Shown here piece by piece: positions 1-10,259 of a stretch of DNA of 64,000 nucleotides. The notes under the pieces were generated by a model. That model was not told where the DNA came from and made no database searches. It was given only the letters and a program-made list of their open reading frames with translations. Positions within the stretch are counted from its first letter, which is position 1, and the number at the start of each line of letters is the position of its first letter. A program made the position numbers and the translations under genes. Source of the DNA: an uncultured Zetaproteobacteria bacterium (GTDB lineage: Bacteria; Pseudomonadota; Zetaproteobacteria; Mariprofundales; Mariprofundaceae); assembly GCA_964601765.1 (NCBI GenBank), contig CAZROR010000001.1, forward strand, positions 10,694-74,693, written 5' to 3'.

Positions 1-608
1 TCGCCACCACGCGTGATGGCCGCGTCCGTGCCTTCGATTGCCTCAACTGCAAGCACAGCACCATCCTGCACAACCACGGTCTGGCCGATATCAAGTGCTG
101 CAATGCCGACAGCCTGCTGAAAGCCAAAGCCCATATCTTTCAGCGCGGTTTTGTCCGGAGAAGGACCCATCAGATGGCCGGTGCCCGCCAGCATCTCACC
201 TGCGAATGTCAGCTGCGAGACCAGCTCAATCCCTGCCTCTGCGAGTAGACCGGCCAGCGCATTCAAAATGCTGTCGTCCCTTCGATCGGCCAGTCTGGCA
301 AGACCTCTGATTGCAGTCATGTCCGGCCTGAAGTTTCTGAACAGATGTAACTTCTGTACCTTACCGGCCATGACAGCGCGGGTTACGCTCGCTTGCCGGA
401 AAGCCCTGATCATGGCGCCTACCTGGCCCACATGAAGCCAATGAATGGAATCAGCGTATTCTTCGATGGTTCTGGAAGTTTCCTCACGTATTGCGACAAC
501 ATGTAACTCAAGCCCCTGCTGCTTCATGGCTGCTGCCAGTTCCAGCGGGAAAGAGCCGTAGCCAGCAATCAGCCCCAGGCGCTTTTGATTACTCCCGTCA
601 GTTGCCAT
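1..608 (-). CDS. lpxI: UDP-2,3-diacylglucosamine pyrophosphatase LpxI (DUF1009), N-terminal part. The gene runs off the left edge of the window.
   Basis: This ORF is not in the ORF track because no stop lies in the window. Manual translation from ATG 608-606 gives MATDGSNQKRLGLIAGYGSFPLE... The frame stays open to position 3, ending ...AVLAVEAIEGTDAAITRGG. Both ends look LpxI-like. The start overlaps the lpxA stop by 11 nt. Confidence 0.8.
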   Translation of the reverse strand, partial: MATDGSNQKRLGLIAGYGSFPLELAAAMKQQGLELHVVAIREETSRTIEEYADSIHWLHVGQVGAMIRAFRQASVTRAVMAGKVQKLHLFRNFRPDMTAIRGLARLADRRDDSILNALAGLLAEAGIELVSQLTFAGEMLAGTGHLMGPSPDKTALKDMGFGFQQAVGIAALDIGQTVVVQDGAVLAVEAIEGTDAAITRGG

Positions 609-1398
609 GACGGCGGTGAGTTGTCAGGCCGCGTTTGGCAGTACGCACAAATTCAAGCAGGTGCATGGCATGTTCATCGCTATCGGCAATCTGCTCCGCC
701 TCCCGGAGTCTCTCTTCCATTTTGCCACTGCCCTGGAACAGCTCTCTGTAAACCTGTTTCAGGCAAGCGATGGACGCCTTGCTCAAGCCTCGACGACGAA
801 GGCCGATGAGATTCAGGCCGACAAGGCCAGGACGATATCCCCCCGCGGTCAGGCAGTATGGAGGTACATCTTTGACAATACCGCTCATCCCCCCAATCAT
901 GGCGTAACGCCCGATACGAACAAACTGATGTACGGCGGACAGCCCCCCAATAATGGCACCATCAGCGATTTCGACATGGCCGGCCAGCGTCGCGCAATTG
1001 GCAAGGATCACACCATCGCCCAGGTGGCAGTCGTGGGCGATATGTGCATATGCCATAAGCAGGTTGTTGTTGCCCAGACATGTCAGCATGCCACCCCCTG
1101 ACGTACCGGGATTGATAGTTACGTTCTCACGAATGGTGTTGTTGTCCCCAATGACGACCTCAGATGGCTCTCCCGCATATTTCAGATCCTGTGGCTCATG
1201 CCCTATGCATGCAAACGGGAAAATGCGGTTGCCCTGACCAAGACGGGTATGGCCGGAAACCACGACGTGGGATATCAATTCGGTGCCCACACCAATTTGT
1301 ACCTGCCCATCCAAGACACAGTAAGGGCCAATTTTAACGTCAGGCTGGATGTCGACGCCTTGTCCTATGATGGCCGTGGGATGAATGTCAGGTTTCAC
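598..1398 (-). CDS. lpxA: Acyl-ACP--UDP-N-acetylglucosamine O-acyltransferase
   Basis: Hexapeptide-repeat protein containing IHPTAIIG and PQDLKYAGE. It sits between fabZ and lpxI. The ORF track starts at ATG 1443, but GTG 1398 forms a GTGA overlap with the fabZ stop and gives a typical length of about 266 aa. Confidence 0.9.
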   Translation of the reverse strand: MKPDIHPTAIIGQGVDIQPDVKIGPYCVLDGQVQIGVGTELISHVVVSGHTRLGQGNRIFPFACIGHEPQDLKYAGEPSEVVIGDNNTIRENVTINPGTSGGGMLTCLGNNNLLMAYAHIAHDCHLGDGVILANCATLAGHVEIADGAIIGGLSAVHQFVRIGRYAMIGGMSGIVKDVPPYCLTAGGYRPGLVGLNLIGLRRRGLSKASIACLKQVYRELFQGSGKMEERLREAEQIADSDEHAMHLLEFVRTAKRGLTTHRRHGN

Positions 1399-1841
1399 AC
1401 ACTGTCTCTCGGCATCAGTGTAGCCATCAGGTCTCCCTCGCATACGAGCTTGTCATCCACAAAGGCCTCACCATGGAACTTCCACATATGTCCTCGCCGC
1501 CTGAGGCAGGTCAGCTCCAGGATCAGCTGGTCGCCTGGTCGAACCGGCTGCCGGAAACGCACGCCATCTATGCCCGTAAAATACACGAGAAAATCCTGAT
1601 CCTCGGGAGCGGACTGGAAGGCAAGAATTCCTCCCACCTGAGCCATCGCCTCTACGATCAGCACCCCGGGCATGACAGGATAGGATGGGAAATGTCCCAA
1701 AAAATGTGGCTCGTTGACAGTAACGTTTTTGACGGCGCGAATGCGTTTCTCAAGCTCGAAGTCCAGTACGCGATCAACGAGCAACAGGGGATAGCGATGA
1801 GGCAGGCGCGATATGATGTCATCAATGTTCATCTCAGGCAT
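1395..1841 (-). CDS. fabZ: 3-hydroxyacyl-ACP dehydratase FabZ
   Basis: 148 aa with the motif FLGHFPSYPVMPGVLIVEAMAQVGG. It lies in the conserved lpxD-fabZ-lpxA order. Confidence 0.93.
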   Translation of the reverse strand: MPEMNIDDIISRLPHRYPLLLVDRVLDFELEKRIRAVKNVTVNEPHFLGHFPSYPVMPGVLIVEAMAQVGGILAFQSAPEDQDFLVYFTGIDGVRFRQPVRPGDQLILELTCLRRRGHMWKFHGEAFVDDKLVCEGDLMATLMPRDSV

Positions 1842-1859
1842 GCTAAACTCCCTTTGTCA

Positions 1860-2864
1860 TCACTGTTTTGCCGGCCGTGTGCGTAGAGCTTTCAGGATAT
1901 CGGGCAGACGCTGCAGTAATGCAGATACCTTCAGCCACTGACGATGGGGCATTGCCGGTGAGCCCGCAAAAGTTTCACCTGCAGCAAGATCGCTCATGAC
2001 GCCGGACTGTGCGGCAAGCCTGCACCCATCACCAATCTTGAGATGGCCTGCAATGCCCACTTGACCTCCCACCTGGCACCCCTGCCCCATCGCAGTCGAG
2101 CCGGAGATGCCAACCTGGCTAGCCATAATGCTGTGCGCCCCAATCTCTACGTTATGACCAATCTGAATCAGGTTATCCAGCTTCACGCCATGCCGGATCC
2201 GTGTGTCACCAATGGCTCCACGGTCAATACAGGCATTGGCACCAATCTCGACATCATCCTCGAGGATAACGCGCCCCACCTGGGGGATTTTTATATGCGC
2301 TTCCCCTGACCAGGCATAGCCAAAGCCATCAGCACCGATAACGGCACCGGGCTGGAGAATGACACGATTGCCCAGCACACAACCCTTGCAAACGACTGCA
2401 CGGGCATGCAGAAGGCAGTCAGCTCCAATGATGACATCAGCCTCGATGACGCAGCCTGCCTCAATCCTGCTACCCGCACCAATGTTGACACGCGGACCGA
2501 CGACAGCCATGGGCCCAATATCGACATCAGGAGCAATATTGGCAGATGGATCGATACATGCCGTCTCGGCATGCCAGCCTGTCCCCTTCCGCTCTGGATA
2601 AAAATGGCGCTGCAATAAGGCAAAGGCGAGATATGGATCATCGACACGAATCACCGGGCGCTTTGTATCGGGAAACATGCGCCTGCCCAGGATGATGACG
2701 CCTGCACGGGATGTCTCAAACTGGGGTTTCAGACGCAAACTGGAGAGAAAGGCAACGTCTTGGGGACCCGCAGACTGCAAATCCTGAACTGCGGTGATTT
2801 GCACATCATGGTCTCCATTCTCAACAACACCGGAAACCAGTGCCGCCACCTCATTCAGATGCAT
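1860..2864 (-). CDS. lpxD: UDP-3-O-acylglucosamine N-acyltransferase
   Basis: 334 aa. It has an N-terminal LpxD-type domain followed by a long left-handed beta-helix of hexapeptide repeats. Position is between skp and fabZ. Confidence 0.92.
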   Translation of the reverse strand: MHLNEVAALVSGVVENGDHDVQITAVQDLQSAGPQDVAFLSSLRLKPQFETSRAGVIILGRRMFPDTKRPVIRVDDPYLAFALLQRHFYPERKGTGWHAETACIDPSANIAPDVDIGPMAVVGPRVNIGAGSRIEAGCVIEADVIIGADCLLHARAVVCKGCVLGNRVILQPGAVIGADGFGYAWSGEAHIKIPQVGRVILEDDVEIGANACIDRGAIGDTRIRHGVKLDNLIQIGHNVEIGAHSIMASQVGISGSTAMGQGCQVGGQVGIAGHLKIGDGCRLAAQSGVMSDLAAGETFAGSPAMPHRQWLKVSALLQRLPDILKALRTRPAKQ

Positions 2865-2870
2865 GGCAGG

Positions 2871-3380
2871 CTATTTTTTTGCGTTGATCAGCTTGGTGAT
2901 TTCAGCCGTGATATCGAGCTGTGGAGCACCGTAAACTGCAGATTTCTTTCGTAGAATCAGATCATAGCCATGCGACTTTCCGTATTTTTTCACAGCCTCG
3001 TCAAAATCCGCACCCAACCCTTGCAACAGGCGCTGATTTTCACGCCGAATTTCCTCCTCGGCATCCTGGGCTTTGCGTGATCCCTGCTTCTGCATCTGAG
3101 CGATCTCCTCCTGCAGCTGGGCCAGGCGTTCCGGTTTCATGGCCATTGCCTTGCCCTCGAGGTCATTCCTTGCCTTACGAATCTTGTCGCTCAATGCCTT
3201 GAGCTCCTTCTGGATACGGTTCCGCTTTTCATTCAGGCGTTTGATGCCATTCTTGTACGCCGTGGTATTCACGATGGCACTCAGCGTATCCACATACGCA
3301 ATTTTCAGACCCGCGGCATTTGCGTTTCCGGCGATCATCCCGATCATCAGAATGGCCGCCATCATCACCTTGTACTGCAT
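2871..3380 (-). CDS. skp: Periplasmic chaperone Skp (OmpH family)
   Basis: 169 aa with signal peptide MQYKVMMAAILMIGMIAGNANA and a Lys/Glu/Gln-rich helical body. It lies immediately downstream of bamA. Confidence 0.8.
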   Translation of the reverse strand: MQYKVMMAAILMIGMIAGNANAAGLKIAYVDTLSAIVNTTAYKNGIKRLNEKRNRIQKELKALSDKIRKARNDLEGKAMAMKPERLAQLQEEIAQMQKQGSRKAQDAEEEIRRENQRLLQGLGADFDEAVKKYGKSHGYDLILRKKSAVYGAPQLDITAEITKLINAKK

Positions 3381-3403
3381 ATAAAGCTCCTTGCCTGTTT
3401 GGG

Positions 3404-5704
3404 TCAGAATACCGAGCCCAATGAAAATTCAAAGTTTTTTGTGATATCATCGGCCTTTTTACGAAGCGGAAATCCCCACGTCAGCCCCACCGGGCCAATT
3501 GGTGACAACCACTCGATGCTGAGCCCCGAAGAAACGCGCGTGTCCGCAAGCAGCAAATGTTGCGTGAAGTCCGCGACGTTGCCCGCATCCACGAATAATA
3601 CACCCCTGAAGCCCTTTGTCTGCATGTAAGGAATCGGGAAGTATAGATTAAGAGCGGCGGTTATAGCCTTATTACCGCCCAGAATATCGTTAGTTGCCGC
3701 ATCACGAATCGTCACGCCAAAGTTATCGAAGCCGCGCAGACTTCCAACACCACCCAACGAAAAACGCCTGTAAATCGGAACATCTTTACCAAAATAGCCG
3801 CGGATATACATGCCAGTTAGTGATGGGCTCAGAATAAAACCGCTGCCCAGCGGAAAATACATGTGACTGGAAGCGCGCAGTGCAAGAAAACGGTTCCGGC
3901 CACCAAGCCCTGCCACGCCCACACTTACCGATTCAAAATGCCCGTCACCAGGTGCTAATGTGTTGTCCCGTGTGTCCCACGTCAGCGATTGTGTCAGCTC
4001 GCCTGTCTGTTGTTTGCCTGCCTGAGAACGCAATATCAGCGAGGCATCCGCCGGGATATCAAGGAGGTTTGTTTCCGTATACTGATAGCCGATGGAGTAT
4101 GTCAGCGTCTCCGTCAGTGGAATACCGAAGCCCACACCACCTCCAAAGTCATCCTGCTTGAAAGTAACAGTTTCTTGGAGCCTTGTCTGTGTCTTAAATG
4201 CATTAACTGAGGCGCTGATATCCTTGTCGAGGAAATAAGGGTCTGTAAGGCTTGCGTCAAAATTCTGCGTCTTCACGCCAACTTGCCCGGTTAATCTTCC
4301 ATCCAGGCCCTTACCCAAAATGTTCTTTTCCTGGATTTTGGATGTGATAAACGTCTTTTCCAGCTGCGAAAAGCCGACCCCAAACGTAAACGAGCCAGTC
4401 TTGCGTTCTTCCACATCCACCTTCATGCGGGCGAGCCCCGGTGCGCTGCCTTTCGGAAACGAAATACGCGTATCCTCAAGCAGCTGTGTGCGCTTCAGTC
4501 GCTTCTTACTGGTTTCCACCTTACTGCGCGCATAGCGCTCGCCTTCTTCTTGGCGCAGTTCCCGACGAATCACCTCATCATCGCTCTTCGTGTTACCACT
4601 GATTTCGATGCGTTCGATATAGACCTCCTGGCCCTTTTCGATATCCAGCGTCAAGTCAACGGTCCTTGCCTGGATATCCCGGTGAAACAGGGGGGTGACA
4701 TTTGCAAATGCATAGCCTTCATCTCCAACCACATTGGAGACGGTATTGATACTTTCACGCAGTTTGTCCACTGAATAAAGCTCGCCTGGTTTAATCGTCA
4801 CAGCCCGCATCAGTGTCTCGCGATCCGGCACCATATCTCCCTGCAGATTTACACTTTTCACCGTGTACTGGGGCCCTTCATGAATACTGAATGTGAGATA
4901 AAACCATTTCCGGTCAGGTGAGAGTGAAATCAAGGTCGATTCGACTTTGGCATCCAGATAGCCGTGGTTCATGTAATAGAGCTCGATCAGCTGGGCATCA
5001 GCGGCGAGGCGATCGCGCTTAAATACGTCACGGTCAGAAAACCAGCTGGTAAAATCTGATCTTCGGGATGCAACTTCCTTCAACAGCACGGCATCAGGAA
5101 AAACCCGGTTGCCAACGAAACGGATACGCTTGATGCGTGTTACCTCACCTTCGTGGACATTGATGACAACATTCACGCGCCCGTCTTTTCGTGCGTGCTT
5201 CTCAATATCGACGGTAACCTGGTAATAGCCTTTTTTCAGGTATGCCTTCCGTATCATGCGAATATCCGCCCGGCGGTAGGCATCATTTAACACGTGCCCT
5301 GGCTTGATTTTTAGCCTTGGCTTCAACACCTTGGTCTCGATTTCATCGTTACCGTGAATTTCCAGCCCGGCTACAAGCGGGTTCTCTTTCACAACATAGA
5401 CAAGACGTATGCCACCTTTTTTGGGCTCACCGATCACACGCACATCGGAGAAGAAACCGGTAGCAAACAACCTGCGTACATCCCGGCTGATGGTCCTGCG
5501 ATTTAGAGGTGCGCCCACCCTGCTGCCAAGCTTGGATAAAATTGTTTCACTTTCTACGTAATGGTTTCCCTGCACCGTGATTGCAACGACCTGTTTCGGC
5601 GAGTTCACAGCCTGTGCACACGGCGTGGAGAGGAAGAACAGAGCCACAAAAAAAGCAAGCAATCGCAACGGGTCGTACTCCCGGGAAAAACAGTACACCC
5701 TCAT
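3404..5704 (-). CDS. bamA: Outer membrane protein assembly factor BamA
   Basis: About 766 aa with POTRA repeats, a C-terminal beta-barrel and a terminal ...FEFSLGSVF. The ORF track extends to 5746. Met at 5704 precedes the signal-like LLAFFVALFFLSTPCAQA and avoids overlap with rseP. Confidence 0.92.
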   Translation of the reverse strand: MRVYCFSREYDPLRLLAFFVALFFLSTPCAQAVNSPKQVVAITVQGNHYVESETILSKLGSRVGAPLNRRTISRDVRRLFATGFFSDVRVIGEPKKGGIRLVYVVKENPLVAGLEIHGNDEIETKVLKPRLKIKPGHVLNDAYRRADIRMIRKAYLKKGYYQVTVDIEKHARKDGRVNVVINVHEGEVTRIKRIRFVGNRVFPDAVLLKEVASRRSDFTSWFSDRDVFKRDRLAADAQLIELYYMNHGYLDAKVESTLISLSPDRKWFYLTFSIHEGPQYTVKSVNLQGDMVPDRETLMRAVTIKPGELYSVDKLRESINTVSNVVGDEGYAFANVTPLFHRDIQARTVDLTLDIEKGQEVYIERIEISGNTKSDDEVIRRELRQEEGERYARSKVETSKKRLKRTQLLEDTRISFPKGSAPGLARMKVDVEERKTGSFTFGVGFSQLEKTFITSKIQEKNILGKGLDGRLTGQVGVKTQNFDASLTDPYFLDKDISASVNAFKTQTRLQETVTFKQDDFGGGVGFGIPLTETLTYSIGYQYTETNLLDIPADASLILRSQAGKQQTGELTQSLTWDTRDNTLAPGDGHFESVSVGVAGLGGRNRFLALRASSHMYFPLGSGFILSPSLTGMYIRGYFGKDVPIYRRFSLGGVGSLRGFDNFGVTIRDAATNDILGGNKAITAALNLYFPIPYMQTKGFRGVLFVDAGNVADFTQHLLLADTRVSSGLSIEWLSPIGPVGLTWGFPLRKKADDITKNFEFSLGSVF

Positions 5705-5705
5705 G

Positions 5706-7046
5706 TCAGCCCCTAAATAAGCGTGTGAGGTCATTGTAGAAAGCAAAAACCATCAGGGTGATAATCAGTGCCATCCCTACAATTTGCGTGCGTTCCAGCG
5801 CCTTGGCAGACAAAGGCACACCACGTACCTTCTCAATGGCCAGATACATCAAGTGTCCACCATCCAGAATTGGAACCGGCAACAGATTCAATACACCAAG
5901 GTTGACAGAAATCAATGCCAGGAAGGAAAGGAAAGCAACAACGCCCAGTTCCACTGTCTTCCCGGCAAGCTGTGCGATAGCGATGGGGCCGCCCAGATTT
6001 TCCGGAGAAATGGTGGACATTAACATTTTCCCGATTACCTGTACGGTAAGCACCGTCATTTCCCAGGTGCGGGACACCCCGTAAACGAGACCTTCCAGCG
6101 CTCCCATGCGGTAAATTTCCGGAGGCTCGGCGGGCTGTGCCATCATTTTCGCACCAATACGTCCGTACCCTTCTGCATCGGCAGCCGGTGTAATCTGAAG
6201 ATCAATCAACACCCCTCCGCGCTCAATGCTTACCCGGATGGGCCGGTCTGCGTGCGCACGTACTGCCTGGATGAATGCACGAATACTCGCAATGACCTTT
6301 CCCTGCACCTGCAAGACGTTGTCACCGGCCCTGAGTCCGGCAAGGGCTGCCGGAGAGCCTTCCTGTACAGCAGCCACAATGACCCTCATGCCAGGACTGA
6401 TACCCAGCGCCTCGGAAGCCACATCCGCAAGAATCGGATCCTGCCGCACCTCGGGAAGCACGGCCTGTACAGTGACTTTATTGCCACCACGGCGTACCGC
6501 GAGCCTGGCCTTTCTTCCAACCACATCCTTCAGACGGTCTTCAAGCTGCCGCCAGGAGTGGATGTTTTGCCCGTTGACTGCCAGAAACCTGTCTCCCTTC
6601 AAGATGCCAGCCTTTTCGGCAACAGAGGCGGGCGCGACGTGTCCCACAATCGGGGGCATAACACTCTGACCCATCCAACCAACCAAGGTGTATGCAACGA
6701 TGGCAAACAGGAAATTGAAGGCAGGCCCGGCTGTCGCAATACATGCACGTTTCCAAACAGGCTGGGTATCAAAAGCGCGCGGCTTGTCCTCCTCGGGAAT
6801 CTCATCCTCCCCCGGCATTTCACCCAGCATTTTTACATAGCCGCCTAATGGAATAGCAGCGATGACATACTCAACCTCACCATCTCTGCTATACCATGAA
6901 TACAGCCCAGGGCCAAAGCCAATGGAAAACTTCTCAACCTTTACACCCAGCTTTCTGGCAACGATAAAATGTCCGTACTCGTGCACGGCAATCAACAATG
7001 AAATGGCCACAACAAATGCGACAAGGGCCTGCAGGGTCTCGATCAT
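5706..7046 (-). CDS. rseP: RIP zinc metalloprotease RseP (site-2 protease)
   Basis: HEYGHFIVAR (HExxH), PDZ-like central region and NLLPVPILDGGH. Synteny is dxr-rseP-bamA. Confidence 0.92.
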   Translation of the reverse strand: MIETLQALVAFVVAISLLIAVHEYGHFIVARKLGVKVEKFSIGFGPGLYSWYSRDGEVEYVIAAIPLGGYVKMLGEMPGEDEIPEEDKPRAFDTQPVWKRACIATAGPAFNFLFAIVAYTLVGWMGQSVMPPIVGHVAPASVAEKAGILKGDRFLAVNGQNIHSWRQLEDRLKDVVGRKARLAVRRGGNKVTVQAVLPEVRQDPILADVASEALGISPGMRVIVAAVQEGSPAALAGLRAGDNVLQVQGKVIASIRAFIQAVRAHADRPIRVSIERGGVLIDLQITPAADAEGYGRIGAKMMAQPAEPPEIYRMGALEGLVYGVSRTWEMTVLTVQVIGKMLMSTISPENLGGPIAIAQLAGKTVELGVVAFLSFLALISVNLGVLNLLPVPILDGGHLMYLAIEKVRGVPLSAKALERTQIVGMALIITLMVFAFYNDLTRLFRG

Positions 7047-8204
7047 TTATCCTCCGGCCTTTCTGATACTCTCCCGGGCCAAGGCCCTGGCGTCGCGATC
7101 AAGCGACCATACCTGATCCAGGCTTTGTACGGAAACATTCGCGCTTTTCTCCAGCACTGACTCTACAATACCGGTGATGCCGACAAAGGACAGGCGGCGC
7201 TCGCGAAAGGCAAGGTTAGCTTCCTCGTTGGCAGCGTTAAAGGCAATGGACAACGAGTCCCTGCCGCGCATGACATCCCGCACCATCCGCATGAACGGGA
7301 AACGTTCTTCATCAACAGCAAAAAACTCGAGCTGCTGGCGAGAGGCGAGGTCCAGCCGAGGGATACCCGATGACAGGCGAGGGGCTGTCTGCAAGGCGTA
7401 GACGATAGGTGCTCGCATATCCGGTTCCGCCATCTGCGCCAGTACAGCGCCATCGCGATACTCAACCAGGGCGTGCACGATGCTTTGGGGATGGATAATG
7501 GCAGACAACGCCTCCGGGGGCATGTCGAACAGCCAGCGCGCCTCGATAAGCTCAAGTGCCTTGTTCGCCATCGTGGCTGAATCCACGCTGATTTTTGCGC
7601 CCATTTCCCAGTTCGGGTGAGCAACAGCCTCTTCTGGCGTAATATTCCCCAGCGAGGCTATATCACGATCCCGGAACGGACCACCCGAGGCTGTGAGCGT
7701 AATGTGTACAATCGACTCTCTGTCTTGCCCGGCCAGACATTGATGTACTGCAGCATGTTCGGAATCCACCGGCAGCACACGCGCCCCGGACTTCCGCACA
7801 GCCTGCATGAAAATGCGACCAGCTGTGACCAGACACTCCTTGTTGGCCAGACACACCTGCTTGCCGGCTTTCACTGCGGCAAGTGCTGCTGGCAGGCCCA
7901 CTGAACCCACCATGGCGGCAACCACAATATCAACCCGCGTGGCCTCGGCCATGGCAATGGCAGCATCCATCCCCACCTTCAGACTTACCCCCGCTGGCAA
8001 TCTGCCATCCAGCGCCCGTGCTGCTTCCACATCTGTCATCACCACATACACGGGACACAGCTTTTGGGCCAGCTCAAGCATACGCTCTGCGTTTCGTCCC
8101 CCAACCAGGGCGTAGGCTGAAAAGTACTCAGGGTGCTGCAAAATCACATCGGCCGTACTGGCACCAATCGAGCCTGTGGCGCCCAATATCGTCAACTGCT
8201 TCAT
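7047..8204 (-). CDS. dxr: 1-deoxy-D-xylulose 5-phosphate reductoisomerase
   Basis: 385 aa with N-terminal ILGATGSIGAST, plus LANKE and DSEHAA-type motifs. Confidence 0.95.
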   Translation of the reverse strand: MKQLTILGATGSIGASTADVILQHPEYFSAYALVGGRNAERMLELAQKLCPVYVVMTDVEAARALDGRLPAGVSLKVGMDAAIAMAEATRVDIVVAAMVGSVGLPAALAAVKAGKQVCLANKECLVTAGRIFMQAVRKSGARVLPVDSEHAAVHQCLAGQDRESIVHITLTASGGPFRDRDIASLGNITPEEAVAHPNWEMGAKISVDSATMANKALELIEARWLFDMPPEALSAIIHPQSIVHALVEYRDGAVLAQMAEPDMRAPIVYALQTAPRLSSGIPRLDLASRQQLEFFAVDEERFPFMRMVRDVMRGRDSLSIAFNAANEEANLAFRERRLSFVGITGIVESVLEKSANVSVQSLDQVWSLDRDARALARESIRKAGG

Positions 8205-8977
8205 GGCACCATCCAGATGATAGCGGTGGCTGGAAGCGCCACCACAATAGCATCGATGCGATCCAGTATTCCACCATGTCCAGGTAACAGATTGCCACTG
8301 TCTTTGCGCCCAACGCAGCGCTTCACAACAGACTCCGCCAGGTCACCAACGATCCCGCTTATCACAAGCAAGATAGCCAGTGGCGCAGCCTGCCAAATCG
8401 ACATGTGCAGAAAAATCGCCCAGAAGGCAGTCGCCACCGGTACACCGACCGCCAAAGCACCCCAAACGCCCTGCCAGGTCTTGCCGGGGCTGATAGCAGG
8501 ACAAAGTTTGACCCGGCCGAACCTTCTGCCGGTAAAATAGGCCGCAATATCTGACGCCCATATTCCCAAACAAGCCCCAAGGATAAAGTAGCTCCCACCC
8601 GGACGACCATGCAACTCAGCTCCAGCCCAGTAAAATGCCAGCAGCCAGAATGCCACCCATTGAGCCAGCACCAGCTCCCCCACCACTTGCACGCTTGCGC
8701 CCCGGACAAGGGCAACAAACAGCCAGCCCAGGATAAGCAGAAATATTGCGGACAGAGGGGCAGCACCCATCAGCAAAAGCAGCAGTGCAGCGAGTGCAAT
8801 GGTGGCAAGCCACCATGCAAATGGAAAAGAAAACAAAGCCAACAGCTCAATGATTGCCAGCATGACCACAAGACCAAGAGTCCAGTCAAACCACGGAGAA
8901 GGCATATAAAGGATCCAACCAACAGCCAACGGCAGCAGGATGGCTGCAGTGAGAATGCGACGTGAAAGAGCGCTCAT
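8201..8977 (-). CDS. cdsA: Phosphatidate cytidylyltransferase
   Basis: Polytopic membrane protein with the CdsA signature SGIVGDLAESVVKRCVGRKDSGNLLPGHGGILDRIDA. It overlaps each neighbour by 4 nt. Confidence 0.88.
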   Translation of the reverse strand: MSALSRRILTAAILLPLAVGWILYMPSPWFDWTLGLVVMLAIIELLALFSFPFAWWLATIALAALLLLLMGAAPLSAIFLLILGWLFVALVRGASVQVVGELVLAQWVAFWLLAFYWAGAELHGRPGGSYFILGACLGIWASDIAAYFTGRRFGRVKLCPAISPGKTWQGVWGALAVGVPVATAFWAIFLHMSIWQAAPLAILLVISGIVGDLAESVVKRCVGRKDSGNLLPGHGGILDRIDAIVVALPATAIIWMVP

Positions 8978-9711
8978 TGTCGCAGCTGCCGGCTTGTACG
9001 GCCAAAGCGCCGCTCACGGCGGGCAAAATCGGCAAGGGCGTCCAGAAAGTCTTCACGTGTAAAATCAGGCCAGAACTTGTTACAAAAATACAGCTCTGCG
9101 TAGGCAGCATCCCAAAGCAGGAAATTGGAAATGCGCCGCTCACCACCTGTACGTATCAGCAGATCAACGGGAAATGTTTCCGCACACCAGAGAAAACGCC
9201 GAAATGCCTGAGCGTCCACTCCGGCAAGCGCCTCATCCGGATGATCCTGGCTCGCAGCCCAGCGGGAAAGGGCCTTTGCCCCCTCCACGATCTCCTGCTG
9301 CCCACCATAGTTCAGACACAGGACGAGATCGATTCGTGTATTGCTACAGGTTTCGGCGCATGCGCGTTCCACGGTCTTTCTTGCCCGATCCGGCAAGGCA
9401 GAAATACGCCCCATGGTGCGAAAGCGTACGCCCTTGGCCTGCATGTCGGGCAATTCCTGCACAAGTCGCGTGGCAAGCAGGGACATCAGCCCTTCCACCT
9501 CCGCCCTGGGGCGAGCCCAGTTCTCCGTGGAAAAGGCAAACAGCGAAATCTGTTTTACACCCGAATCCGCCGCCCACTCAACAATATTTCGTGCAACTTT
9601 TGCGCCACGACGATGGCCTTCCAGGCGTGGCATATGATGCTGCTCGGCCCAGCGCCCGTTGCCATCCATGACAACAGCGACATGCCGGGGTCCCTTGCCC
9701 GCGTCCGCCAT
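8974..9711 (-). CDS. uppS: Di-trans,poly-cis-undecaprenyl-diphosphate synthase
   Basis: Contains HVAVVMDGNGRWA and RTGGERRISNFLLWDAAYAELYF. Confidence 0.93.
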   Translation of the reverse strand: MADAGKGPRHVAVVMDGNGRWAEQHHMPRLEGHRRGAKVARNIVEWAADSGVKQISLFAFSTENWARPRAEVEGLMSLLATRLVQELPDMQAKGVRFRTMGRISALPDRARKTVERACAETCSNTRIDLVLCLNYGGQQEIVEGAKALSRWAASQDHPDEALAGVDAQAFRRFLWCAETFPVDLLIRTGGERRISNFLLWDAAYAELYFCNKFWPDFTREDFLDALADFARRERRFGRTSRQLRQ

Positions 9712-10259
9712 CAGATGGTCAGAATTTCTTGTTCTTTGTGCTCAACCACCTTATCGATTTCAGCAATATACCGGTCAGTCAGCCGCTGGATTTTCTCCTG
9801 GAGTTGCCTGCTTTCATCCTCGGAGATCTCCTTTGCCTTCTCCTGCGCCTTGATCTCATCATTGGCATGGCGCCGAATGTTGCGTACGGCAACCTTGCTG
9901 CCCTCGGCAATATGTTTGACCTTCTTGACAAGCTCGTGCCGCCGCTCCTGTGTCAGCTCTGGCAGGATGATGCGGATTACCTCGCCATCGCTTGATGGAG
10001 TCACACCAATATCTGAACTCAATATCGCCTTCTCAATTTCTGGCAGCATCTGCTTCTCCCAGGGCGCCACCACGATCATGCGTGGCTCCGGCACACTCAG
10101 GTTTGCCACCTGGTTCACTGGCACCTCAGCCCCATAGTAGGGCACAAGTACGTGATCCAGCAGTGACACATGTGCCCGCCCTGTGCGAATGGTGGCAAGA
10201 TCCTCATGCAGAGCCCGGATACTTTTTTTCATACGTTCCTCGGCCTTAGCGATCACCAT
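9711..10259 (-). CDS. frr: Ribosome recycling factor
   Basis: [37 protein letters not shown] matches the Frr N-terminus. The ORF-track start at 10340 would add 27 non-Frr residues inside pyrH. Confidence 0.92.
   Translation of the reverse strand: MVIAKAEERMKKSIRALHEDLATIRTGRAHVSLLDHVLVPYYGAEVPVNQVANLSVPEPRMIVVAPWEKQMLPEIEKAILSSDIGVTPSSDGEVIRIILPELTQERRHELVKKVKHIAEGSKVAVRNIRRHANDEIKAQEKAKEISEDESRQLQEKIQRLTDRYIAEIDKVVEHKEQEILTI

Noticed and set aside
8962-10137. A 391-aa plus-strand ORF spans uppS and frr.
   Set aside because: It lies entirely antisense to two strongly supported conserved genes. Its composition is low-complexity and rich in Arg, Ser, Pro and Cys, and it has no recognisable motif. 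Long antisense open frames are expected in GC-rich coding DNA.
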